A DNA stretch of 64,000 bases from Scyliorhinus canicula (taxonomy: Eukaryota). This document shows positions 1 through 10,966 of this stretch, in pieces; position 1 is the stretch's first letter, and every line of letters begins with the position of its first letter. Under the pieces are notes generated by a model, which saw only the letters and a program-made list of their open reading frames with translations, did no database searches and had not been told where the DNA came from. A program made the translations under genes and the position numbers. The stretch spans positions 2,411,323 to 2,475,322 of the forward strand of contig NW_024055461.1 in NCBI RefSeq assembly GCF_902713615.1. The letters run 5' to 3'.

Positions 1-226
1 GGAATAAAAACAAATGAAGTCCATTAACAGCAAAACCGCGTTATTCTGGTACATTTTTAAAAAGATGTTTATGAAACTTTAATCTTAGTATTCTCCATTT
101 CTCTCCCTGACGAAACGTGTTTCGGAAATATCAACTGTTTAGAAGCAAAATGTGCGTTAATGGAAAAGAGGTTTTACATTTCCATGATTCTCTTTATTTA
201 ACACTTTATCTGATGTAAAATCTCTG

Positions 227-255
227 TTAGGGTTAGGCTTAGGGTTAGGGTTAGG
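227..255 (+). repeat. Short interstitial telomere-like (TTAGGG)n tract
   Basis: ttaggg ttaggc ttaggg ttaggg ttagg, directly abutting the 5' truncation point of a CR1 LINE. Confidence 0.85.
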
Positions 256-992
256 AAGGAATAACAGGAAGACAGAGTACTGGGCTAATGGTAAGATTCT
301 TGGTAGTGTGGATGAGCAGAGAGATCACGGTGTCCATGTACATAGATCCCTGAAAGTTGCCACCCAGGTTGAGAGGGTTGTTAAGAAGGTGTACGGTGTG
401 TTAGAGGAATTGAGTTTCGGAGCCATGAGGTCATGTTGCAGTTGTACAAAACTCTGGTGCGACCACATTTGGAGTATTGCGTGCAGTTCTGGTCGCCGCA
501 TTATAGGAAGGATGTGGAAGCATTAGAAAGGGTGGAGAGGAGATTTACCAAGATGTTGCCTGATATGGAGGGAAGAACTTATGAGGAAAGGCTGAGGGAC
601 TTGAGGCTGTTTTCGTTAGAAAGAAGAAAGTTAAGAGGTGACTTAATTGAGGCATACAAGATGATCAGAGGATTAGATAGGGTGGACAGTGAGAGCCTTT
701 TTCCTCGGATGGTGATGCCCAGCACGAGGGAACATAGCTTTAAATTGATGGGAGATAGATATAGGGCAGATGTCAGAGGTAGGTTCTTTACTCAGAGAGT
801 AGTAAGGGCGTGGAATGCCCTGCCTGCAACAGTAGTGGACTCGCCAACACTAAACGCATTCAAATGGTCATTGGATAGACATATGGACGATAAGGGAATA
901 GTGTAGAGGCACTTTACAGGGGTTTCACGGTCGGCTCAACATCGAGAGCCGAAGGGCCTGTACTGCGCTGTAATGTCCTATGTTCTATGTTC
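256..992 (+). mobile_element. 5'-truncated CR1-clade LINE (RT C-terminus plus 3' tail)
   Basis: ORF 433-906 has LYKTLVRPHLEYCVQFWSPHYRKD...TREHSFKL...RFFTQRVVRAWNALP; the 3' tail gccgaagggcctg...(tgttcta)n is shared with HE1 SINEs. Confidence 0.92.
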
Positions 993-1136
993 TATTTTTG
1001 ACATTGTCGCTTCCTTCCCATCCTCATTCCGCAGTTCTCACTTTCTGAGTCGTCATCACGTATTATTAGCAGACTTGTTAGCTTTCCGTTTTTCTCTTAA
1101 TCATTCTGGCTTGCAATATTACACAAGATTTTCTCC

Positions 1137-1538
1137 GACTGTGTTTCTAACCATATTCATTTATGATGCTCTTCACACCTTTAGGTTCTGGATTTTCGTT
1201 TTTTAATATTTATTTGCCCTTTCCTCCAACCCTCGGAAGTTAATGAACACATTAACAGCAGAGGATCATTGGGGCTGATGTCCCATCGCTGCCTCCTTCC
1301 ATGCCACAGAAACAGATAAATGTTCCTGTTTGTCCTTCTGTCTGAGTGCACCAGGACAGAAGCTGAGAGATTGAATCGCCGTGAATCAGATCTTGAAAGG
1401 AACATTCATATAGGAAAACGTATGAACGGTGGCTGATTAAATATGTTTTAGGACCTGATGGAAACGGTGACATGTATGAAGTTCACAATTACCAGTTGGA
1501 AATGCTCCCCACACAACCAGGATGTGGAGTAACTGCAT
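1137..1538 (-). pseudogene. TCR alpha/delta V pseudogene (same family as the V at 27.1 kb)
   Basis: Intact 46-nt leader 1538-1493 (MQLLHILVVWGAFPT, GT donor). Acceptor at 1391 then DLIHGDSISQ...TEGQTGTFIC; the rest is decayed and ~60 nt short. Heptamer-like CACAGTC at 1143-1137, no good nonamer. Confidence 0.7.
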
Positions 1539-2184
1539 TGCTGCTGTCCTCTCTGAAAAAGCGAGTTGGATTCCTGTGGGGTTTATTGTGAAACGGCACT
1601 CTCGATAATCTGCTTCCGTGCCTCAGGATGATCTCACCTCACTTCATTATGTGGTTCTGTGACGCCGGTAGATGGTGAACTACTGTGAGTGACCCAGAGT
1701 TCGGTAAGATCACACAACCCAAATGCGGAGCAGCCACATAGTCGCATCAGCTTTGTAAAGGGGGAGTTAGATATTTAACGCCACCCGTTCAAAACTCAAA
1801 AATCTGATGGCGTGTCTCAGGATATTGTCACATCACTTCCTTGTGGCCCCAGTGGTGATGTGAGACCGATCGGTGGTGAGCGAGCTGCCAGCGAATGAAA
1901 ACGTTCCAGGCTGGTTAACTTAATTCTGCTCACAATGCGCCGAAGCCTCGCTCTGTCTGGACTACTTCAGTGTGTTTGGAGTCTGAGGTCACAGTTACTG
2001 CAGTGAACCATACAAATACACTCCAACAGGGTGGATAGGTACAGGCGCGCCTGAGAACAGTGATTGGAAAAGATAGATCAAGACAAGGAGTTTGTTATTA
2101 AGTAACACAAAATGAATTGTAATACTACGTGCCCATTAGATTGACCACCCGTGCCGTGCTGGACGGATGGGAATTGGCCACAGT

Positions 2185-2535
2185 TCTGTGTTCATAGATT
2201 CACATAATTTACAGGGCTGAAGGAGGACATTCGGCCCATCGAGTTTGCATCGGCTCTTGAAAAGAGTACCCTACTTATGCCATCGCCTCCACCCCATCCC
2301 GGTGACCCAGTAACCCAATCTAACCTTTTTTGAGACACAAAGGGCAATTTATCAAGGCCAATCCACCTAACATTAACGTCTTTGCATTGTGGGAGGAAAC
2401 CGGAGTACCCGGAGGAAACCCACGCAGACACGAGGAGAACGTGCAAACTCCACACAGACAGTGACCCAAACCGGGAATCGAATCTGGGACCCTGGGGCTG
2501 TGAATCAACTGTGCTAACCACTGTGCTACCATGTT
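2185..2535 (-). mobile_element. HE1-type tRNA-derived SINE
   Basis: tRNA-like head (tggttagcacagttg...ggttcgattccc), core ggtttcctccgggtactccgg, CR1-like tail. One of roughly 20 copies or fragments in the window. Confidence 0.85.
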
Positions 2536-3448
2536 GGCACATGGACAGTGGGTAGGTTGGTTATCCACAAGTTAAAGGAGATTAAACGGAATCCCAGGCA
2601 CAGAAAGAAGTGAGATAGCCTGTGACATGGACACAGATTGTCCTGAGTCGGCAGGGGAAATGGGACTGGTTGAAGGAAATGGGCAGATGGGGAAAGTACG
2701 ATAAAAAATTGGGCAAAGTAATTTGTAAAATAAACTGCAAAAGCAGAGAGGTCAAAGAAAGAATCAAACTACAATTTAATCTTTAAAAAACATATAAAAA
2801 ACGAGGATTCTAATGATTGAATGAAAGGGATATTACATCAATGTATGTGTGTAGAGGAGAGTGCTGGTTCCCTCAGTGCGTCAGCTCAGCGACTGGCTGC
2901 ATTCAACGCTCAGGGTGTAGCCCTTAGAATCAATCTGCAGCAACAGGAGCCTCACACAGGAGCAGAGAGGAATCATTCAGGAGGCTGCCACATGGCAGAA
3001 TCTAGTCACCCCCCCCCCCCCCCAATACAGACACACACATGCCACCGTCACCACCTGGGATACTGACTACACCCCTTTGTCTTTACTACCCCTCGGCAAC
3101 GGGTTGTGAGAGACACAGAGCGAGTACTAGTAGATCGGCTTCTCTAAACTGGGCAGAAACATGTTTGACTGAGAGTTTGCCGCTGGACCGTAGGAATGCG
3201 CAGCTCACCACGACCGGCCTCACACCGCAGCAGGTTACACGGTGTGTGGGTTAGAAAGGGCCTATTCAATTATGTTTCTTTGCTATGTCTTCAGGTCGGA
3301 TTGTTTTCTCGGCCGCTGCTGGAAACAGTTGGGTGGCAGTTTAATTAAGGTTAATTTGGTTTCCTCTCCCGTGTGTGACTGAGTGGCTGACAGCTCCGCT
3401 GCTCATTGTGGCTGCAACATGCCTCAACAGACTCCAGTTTCCACCTCC

Positions 3449-3708
3449 AGTTTTTGTACAGGGATGATGATGATTTTTATCACTGTGTGTCCCAGAAAGC
3501 GCAGTAATACACAGCGTCAGTCAGCTTCAGCCTCGACATACTTAAAGATCCTCTGTGCTTTTCTTTTCGTTCAGCTTCTCAGCTTTTGTTTCAATATATC
3601 AGGCACTGGGTTATTGATCTTGTTTATGAAGCGCCTCTGAAGCCTAACGTGGACATTTCACTTTCTATCAAATACAAACTTCTTGAACATATCGTCAAAC
3701 TGCACTCC
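3449..3708 (-). pseudogene. TCR V remnant with a perfect 23-RSS and no visible leader
   Basis: 3' end reads GSLSMSRLKLTDAVYYCAFWD, then CACAGTG (3487-3481), 23 bp, ACAAAAACT (3457-3449). The 5' part is frameshifted/deleted; possible acceptor tttcag at 3709. Confidence 0.8.
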
Positions 3709-4004
3709 CTGAAATACACAGCAATGAACTAAAGGTTCGCAACCAGCAAAATGGGTAAGAATTATCACAACAGCTCAGTCTTGATTTCATTGAATCAGCG
3801 AGCAGCCTCAATGGGCCAAATGTCCTCCTCTGCGCCTCTGTCTTCTGGTCTACGACACAAAATGGGTAGAAAAGCAAATTGTGGAGAGGACGTAGGAAAG
3901 TTACAAGGGGACAGATGTAGGTTAAGCCGGTCAATAATCTGGCAAATGGAGTATAATGAGGGTAAATGTTTAATACTCCATGTTTGCACTCTGTAGTGTA
4001 GAGG

Positions 4005-4900
4005 TGTTGTAGCCATCTAAGATGGACACTGGGCTACAAAATGGAGAACTGCTAAGGCTGCAGGGAAAAACAGTCTTAGTGAGGACAAGCAGTTTGCAGA
4101 AGACTAATTTGCATTCTGCACGTACAGAAACCAGTTTTTGGCCAGGTGCAGAGTTTCAGCCAAAGGTGCAAATGGAAATAGATCTGCATAGTAATGAGGT
4201 GATCCAATTCCAGACCCCGCACAATAGAAACATTTAAGTATCAATGGATACTTTTCCGTAGACGCCCAGACAGAATGGTGCCACAGCAACCAACACAAAG
4301 AGCCGTAGGGACCGCCCCACACATCGAGGAACGACCCTCAGATTGGGGGGTTTGGAAGATATCGATTGGGAAAGGCCCAATCGATACCTGGCAGGTAAAA
4401 GAACCACCCCAAGGGGGCACGGACTTCTAGGACCTATAAGAGTAGACCCCGCACATGGTTCGCTCTGCTCTGCTTTGCTCAGGCTCAGGACTGCTTGCTT
4501 ACTCCGACCCGAGTTTGTTGTTTGTTACATCGCATCCTGACTCCAGTTTCATCACCAGCCGTTGAGCCATCAGCCATCGAACTGTAAGTGCCAATACAAC
4601 GATCGCTACGTGATCCAGACCTTGCTAGATCTTGACAACTTTACGAATCAGAAAGTTGCAGACCAAGAACGGGACGAAGGCCTTGTTCCCTGACCTTGCC
4701 TGTTCCTGTCTAGATAAGTATTTAGTTGTTTAGTATTAGAAGTAAGTTAGTCTCTTTAGCGTATGCATGTGTATTTATTATATTTGTTATAATAAACACC
4801 AATTGTTTGGACTTACTAATCGGTGTACAGATTTATTACTTTGAACCTGACCTTGATATACTTGTGATGGTGTCTCAATATGGCACCTGGCGACTCCGAG
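4005..4900 (+). mobile_element. Probable LTR of an LTR retrotransposon
   Basis: Starts TG; TATA-like cctataag ~4434; AATAAA ~4792; PBS-like tggcgactcc ~4887; no coding remnant. Family not identified. Confidence 0.4.
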
Positions 4901-4984
4901 CATAATTACACATACAGAGCCATAGTAGTGTTAAGCACACGGCCTTTAAACGGAGGCGTGTTAATCACACTCCAGTAAAACGAG

Positions 4985-5700
4985 CAACAGTGTGTAGTGC
5001 AGAGGCGCGTCGATGCCTTAGTGCACGAATCACAAAATTATAGGATACAGGTACAGCAAATAATTAGAAAAGCTAATAGAAAATTATTATGTATTTTGAG
5101 AGGAAATTATTGTAAAAGTATGCAGGTTATACTTCAGTTTTACAGGGCATTGTTGAGAGCATATCTGGAGTATGGTGTACTGTATTGGTCTCTATATTTA
5201 AGGAAAGATGTAACTGCGTTAGAAACAGTTCAGATAAGGTTTACGAGACTAATATCAGGAATGGACGTGTTGTCTTCGGGGGAAAGTTGTAGAGGTTAGA
5301 AGGGTATGCGGCGACTTGATCAAAATCTTTAATTCCTGAGGAGTCTTGACAGGATGGATGTGGCGAGGATACTTCTTCCTGTCGGAGAATATGGAACTCG
5401 GTGCCACTGTTCAAATGGAGCGGTCAGTCATTTAGTACTGAGATTTGGTGAATGCATTTTCTCTAAGAGGGTTATGAGTTTCTGTAACTCTCTTCCTCAG
5501 AAGGCAGGCGATACTTCGAATAAATTTAAGGCAGAGCTAGATAGATTCTTGATTTATAACGGGGTGAAATGTTACCGGCGGTAGGCAGCAATGTGGGTCT
5601 AAAGTGACAATCAGATCAGTCATAGTCTTATATAATGACGAAACAGGCTCTAGTGGCCCAGCGGCCTACTCCTGCTCCTAATTCATCTATCCTCCTGTTT
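4985..5700 (+). mobile_element. Decayed CR1 LINE 3' fragment
   Basis: ORFs 4997-5299 and 5354-5584 carry YRALLRAYLEYGVLYWS and FSKRVMSFCNSLP motifs. Confidence 0.85.
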
Positions 5701-7384
5701 GCATGTATGTATGTCGCCATGTTCATAAATTGTTGGCTGGAACAGGGAATTGCTAACGTGAAAAAAGGTAACGAACCAGAAAAGAAACTACCCACTGGCT
5801 TGTCATGATGTCATGAAGTACTGTAATAATTCAACGATTTTAAGGGAAGAATGAGATGCAGTGCAACTGGACTACTAATCGAGAGAGCCAGGCTAATGCC
5901 CTGCCAACATTGGTTCAAATCCGATTATGGCAGCTTGCGGAATTAGATTTAGTCAATGAAAGCCGGCCTCGCTCACGGAGACCACGTGATTATCATTGAG
6001 TGGTGTAAAGAACAATCTGATTCATCACTGTCCCGTAGGAAATAAATTTGCCATTCTGCCTGGTCTGGCCTACATGTGATCCAGAACGACAACCAGCAAT
6101 CTGGTTTACTCTTAAACCCCTCTGAAAAAGTAGAGCAACCCATTCAGTTCAATCACTATTAAGGAAGGGCAGCAAATGTGCCATTGGTAGTGGCATCCAC
6201 AGAATCTAAAAAAAACCTCTATAACTGTGAAGGAAAGCAACACTACGTTAATGTACTAAAACTTGAACTGACCCATCATCAAGTCGAATGCCTCCAGGAG
6301 AAACGTTTTCACATATTTTGACACGGGGATGGCCTTCATCGTATTGTGTCGCACCAACACTGCACTAATTGGGTTGCATTCCGAACACATCGAGCAACTC
6401 AAAACTGTATATCTGGGTCATTAGCGGCAGCACAAATATAGGAACATCAATCTGTAACCCCATGATTTGGCATATTCCTGAGTTAACCATGGCAATCAAA
6501 CTGGGACAGGAGGCCATGCCATGAGCAGCACCAGACATACCTAAAATTGAGGCATCTAGCTGCTGTAGCAACAAATAGGACTACTTGCAAGTCAATCTGC
6601 GGAGCATATAATAGGCAGAACAATTTTGTGACTGATAACGTTTGTGTTTTAGAGGCTGCAACACTCCATCACTCAGTTCATTGGCGGGTTTCAAACAACA
6701 CAATTAATACCAGCATATTGAGTATCGTTTCTAAACATAAATATATCTGTTGAATGTCCGTTCCCACACCATATTTGCATCGTTAAAAGAATCTGCGATT
6801 CTAATTGTATGTTTCACTGCATACTCGCAACAATCTTGCCATATTAGAACACAATAATATATTAAAGCCACCTGCTCTCGGAATGTATTCCACACAATAG
6901 TGTTAGTTATGGGCTACTTTAAACAGTTCTGTGCATTGCATCAAAGAGTTGCTAATGCGGAACGCTACCACAATAATACGATACCACATCATCATAAATA
7001 ATATCAATATATCATGAAAACAGCCAGATACAGAAAGTGGCAAATTATTCAATGTTGTTAGATTCTTTCTCCAGTTTGGAGTGCTTAGGTCGGCTATAAA
7101 ACATTTCTAAACATATGCTCTTCACGTTGTAGCTGAGAGTTTGCAGCAGACAGATTTCACCCAGGTTACGCAATGCAAAATAATCAATAGGCTGCTGATT
7201 TAAATTTACTCCACAACAATAGCATCAGAAAATTAATTAGAGGTTCAAAACTAGACAGATATTTACCCTGGAGCAGGTGCTTTACTCCATCAGCATGTCG
7301 AAAACTATCAAAAGTAACATTGCATTTAAACTCAGAGAGCCCACTGATTATAATGGATCTCCGCATAATTCAAAGAATCTCTGC

Positions 7385-7700
7385 AATGCAGAATAAGGCC
7401 ATCCATTCGGCCCATCGTGTCTGCACCAACCCCCTGAATAAACACCCCACCTCAACCAACTCTTCCTCCTCATCCGCATACCCCCACCAACCTTTGGACA
7501 CTAAGGGGGAATTTATCATGGCCAATCAGCTAATCTGCACATCTTTGGACTGTGTGAGGGTACCGGAGCACCCGAAGTGAACCCAAGCAGAGATATGGAT
7601 AAAATTCAAACTCCACACATACAGTGACCCAAAGTCGGAATCGAACCAGGATCCCTGGCACGGTTAGGCAGCAGTGCTAATCACTGTGCCTCCGTGCCGT
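7385..7700 (-). mobile_element. HE1-type SINE
   Basis: Reverse-complement tRNA-like head at ~7700 and ggccattcggcccatcg tail at ~7400. Confidence 0.8.
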
Positions 7701-7777
7701 CCAATTGACAAACTAAAGCACAATTTAAGTTAAAGACGGAAATACAGCATAATTATTAAGCTCGTGTATGTTCTTAC

Positions 7778-7825
7778 CTGCAGTCACAGTCACCTTGGTG
7801 CCATGTCCCCAGTAGTCAAGCGTAT
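7778..7825 (-). CDS. IgH-type J segment (TLDYWGHGTKVTVTA)
   Basis: 48 nt AT ACG CTT GAC TAC TGG GGA CAT GGC ACC AAG GTG ACT GTG ACT GCA G followed by the phase-1 donor GTAAG; WGxG motif typical of JH. Confidence 0.92.
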
Positions 7826-7864
7826 CACTATATTACATTTCCTGGAAAGGGTCACACAATAACT
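7826..7864 (+). other. 23-RSS of the J segment
   Basis: CACTATA (7826-7832), 23 bp, ACAATAACT (7856-7864). A 23-bp J spacer is IgH-type; TCR J segments use 12. Confidence 0.8.
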
Positions 7865-8188
7865 GGATCCTACATGCAATTCGGGCAAGAAACGATGCTG
7901 ATTACAAAAATAACACCCGCAGCTAACATGAGATTTCCAGTGTATCAGAAATGTACAAATTGGCTACTTTCTTTGTTTATAAATTCGTCTATTCTCAGTC
8001 ACTTCTAAAATTGAATGCTTCTTCAATATACCAACTGATATGTGGATAATGATCCAACACTTATCTGTCTCTCTTAAACCCTGCAAGGAATTCCGTTCTT
8101 GATTACAACATAAACATTACTTCACCACATGAATAGTGGACTCGTAATGGCGGCCAGTGATCCAGAATGTTTCCATAAATTGTCTTGG

Positions 8189-8259
8189 GGTTTTTGTGGA
8201 GACAAACTGTAGTGTGCTCCACTATCCCATACACAGTGACACGCACCCGCACAAATAAT
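8189..8259 (-). other. D segment flanked by two 12-RSSs
   Basis: ggtttttgt (8189-8197), 12 bp, tagtgtg (8210-8216); D core 8217-8231 (minus strand TATGGGATAGTGGAG = YGIVE / WDSG); cacagtg (8232-8238), 12 bp, acaaataat (8251-8259). Confidence 0.92.
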
Positions 8260-8586
8260 GTATTCCCTTTCTGATCAACCTCTGACCTTCAAACTCCATT
8301 TGACGAGAACATGCTTTAACGTTAACGATTAGACAGTGTACATGATAGATTCACTCCTTCCGTCAGGAATGTATCGCCAGTCTGTCGACAATCTTTCCAT
8401 AGCACAATGTTGGAATGTTTTCCCCTGAGTCTCCAAAGGGTTTGACGATAAATCATATACATGAAACAACATACAATTGTTTTGATTCGATCAATTTGCG
8501 AAGGAAAACTCTTTAGTTTCAGAGTCAGGCAGTACCTGCTTTGGACGCTGATGTTGTGCTGGGAACGCTTGGATTGCCTCTGGCCC

Positions 8587-8625
8587 TGTTTTAGTCCCGG
8601 TTCAGCATTGGTTTCTCTCACTGTG
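8587..8625 (-). other. 23-RSS of the IgH-like V
   Basis: CACAGTG (8625-8619), 23 bp, ACTAAAACA (8595-8587). Confidence 0.9.
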
Positions 8626-9070
8626 ACTGCCTCGCACAGTAATAGATGGCCGCGTCCTCGGGTTTCACATTGTTAATCTCAATGAAGGTTGTGGAAGATT
8701 CAGTTGAAAAAGTGATTCGACTTTGGGTTCTGGGGGCGTAATAGGTGTCGTATCCTTTCCTATAGGCGAGTAAAGTCTCCAATCCTTGACCGGGTAGCTG
8801 TCTAATCCAATGCATGTGATGTTGGTTGATATCGAACCCACGCGCTGAACAGGACAGTTTCAGAGTGTCACCAATCTTTTTGGAGATGGAATCCGGTTGG
8901 GTTAGCATAATGTTGGCGCAGGTACCTACCAGGAAATTATAAAGGAATAATTAAAGAGGCAACAAATGCACCAGAATGCTTAAAATTGTAATGACTCTAC
9001 GAGCAGTAAATCCGAAGCACTCACAAGTAAAACTAACTAGTAACAAATAGAGGTACAGGAATCGCGTCAT
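8626..9070 (-). CDS. IgH-like V gene segment (TAILV / VH-delta-like), intact leader and V exon
   Basis: Leader 9070-9025 (MTRFLYLYLLLVSFT, GTGAGT donor). V exon 8925-8626: NIMLTQPDSISKKIGDTLKLSC...MHWIRQLPGQGLETLL...EDAAIYYCAR, open frame with both Cys and the core Trp. Confidence 0.9.
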
Positions 9071-9430
9071 TATTCACGTTTTCGGTAAACGTTTCCAAAC
9101 ACTCGCAAAGATTCCCCGTCTAACTTCAAGGTGCGCGGTTCGCTGTCTAATCAGGCCGGAGCCCAATGTGACACTGGAACTGGCTTTCTTCTCCTTCAGT
9201 AACCTGGCTCCTCCTGTGTTTCCTGTTTAAACACCGCTGTTTGCCAAATGATAAAAATCAACCATGAAAAATCCAAGTCACCCAATATGATATTTAACTC
9301 AGCCCGTGGCAGCTGTGGTGCATTTGATGACACTGTTGCCTCTGAGTGAAAAAAAGATTCAGGTTCCACTCCACCAACGTCATTCAGTCGTGCAGGACTG
9401 TGAGAAAACTGCAGTTACGGAGATCAGTCT

Positions 9431-9615
9431 TGAAATGAAATGAAATAAAAATTGCTTATTGTCACAAGTAGGCTTCAATGAAGTTACAGTGAAAAGTCCC
9501 TAGTCGCTACATTCTGGTGCCTGTTCGGGGAGGCTGGTACGGGAATTGAACCGTGCTGCTGGCCTTCCTTGATCTGCTTTCAACGCCAGCGATTTAGCCC
9601 AGTGTGCTAAACCAG
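9431..9615 (-). mobile_element. Second tRNA-derived SINE family with (cattt)n tail
   Basis: gctaaatcgctggc...cacggttcaattcccgtaccagcctccc...gtgacaataagc; also at 13911, 42185, 54975 and 60975. Confidence 0.8.
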
Positions 9616-10966
9616 CCTTTCCAGTCTTTCCCAAACCAGTCTTTCAATGAAGTGTAGATTATAATACTTCATTAGATTAGAAAACCCAAATCTTCTTTGC
9701 CTGTCATCAGGGTAGCACGGTGGCACAATGGTTAGCCCTGCTGCCTCACAGCGCCAGGGACGCGGGTTCAAATCCGGCTTTGGGTGACTGTCTGTGTGGA
9801 GTTTGCACATTCTCTGTCCGCGTCCAAAGGTTAGATGGACTGACCATGATAAATTGCCCCTTAGTATCCAACGCCCTGCAATCAGGAAATAGTGTGAAAC
9901 ATTGTTTCCCATAAACTGGTCATTGGCTTAACACTGCAAGCATACCGGAGGACCAAAGAATATGTCCGGAAAAAAACCGAACATAACACAAACTTGTTTA
10001 ACATGAAGACAGCTTTCAATGACAACAATAACGGATAGAATTTCGGCCTCCCTGAGGGAATCAGTGTTCCATCATAAAGACACAGGAGCAGAATTAGGCC
10101 ACTTGGCCCATCGAGTCTGCTCCGCCATTCAATCATGGCGGATATTTTCTCATCTCCATTCTCCTGCATCTCCCCACAATTAATCAATAATCCATCGATC
10201 TGTGCACACAAATATTTTCATTGAAACACAATAAATCGCACCACAGAAGTGCAGACTTTTTTTTTACCTCAATGCGTTATTATAGAACCATAGAGTATTG
10301 TGAGCATCAAAGAATACCATTCGGCCCGTCGTGCAGTTGCTGGCATTCTGGAGTAGCAATTCAGCTCGAACCACTTCCAAACACCGGGACACTGCGTTTT
10401 TGTGTTGTTTTTTCTGATAACGACTCGGTTCCTATTTGGAAGTCTCAGTTGACCTTTCATCCACGAACTCTCAGGCAGTGCATTCCAAATTCTAACCATT
10501 CTGTCCATGGGAAATACTTTTCCACATTCGCCATTGCTGCTTCTCTGTCTCCTGTGATTATCGATCCTTTTACTAGTAGGAGGAGATTCTCCCAATATAC
10601 ACTGTCCAGACCTTCATAATGTTGAACACTTCTAACAAATCTATGGTACAATGGTCATAACAGCGAAGGTATAATGTTTATTCGTACCAAAATATATCTT
10701 TGTGTTAATTGTTGGAGTGGCCGGAACATGGAAATCACCGCCTGAAAGGTTGATAGAGGCGGGAAACCTCACAACATTTAAGAAGCATTTAGATGAGCAC
10801 TTGAAACACCACAGCTTGCAAGGTTATGGAAAAGGGTATTGGAATAGACAGTTTATTGATGTCCGGCGAAGTCACGATGGACCGAATGGCCTCTTTCTAT
10901 CCTGTAAACATCTATGAGCCTATGACTCTCAGATCGCCGGTCCCCATACAATTTCCATTCACAAAT

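Noticed and set aside
2045-2095. gcgcgcctgag-AACAGTG, resembling a V end plus heptamer
   Set aside because: No nonamer at 12 or 23 bp and no V frame upstream.
4107-4114. Ig octamer ATTTGCAT
   Set aside because: Inside the putative LTR and not positioned upstream of any leader.
6961-6995. Minus-strand DDVVSYYCG, which could be a supporting V or C exon downstream of the IgH-like J
   Set aside because: Upstream frame is closed, with no first Cys, Trp or RSS; AT-rich chance match.
1-7777. Search for an Ig or TCR constant exon downstream of the J
   Set aside because: No C1-set pattern (Cys-x-V/A...W...Y-x-Cys) found by eye or in the ORF track; a short or decayed exon could have been missed.
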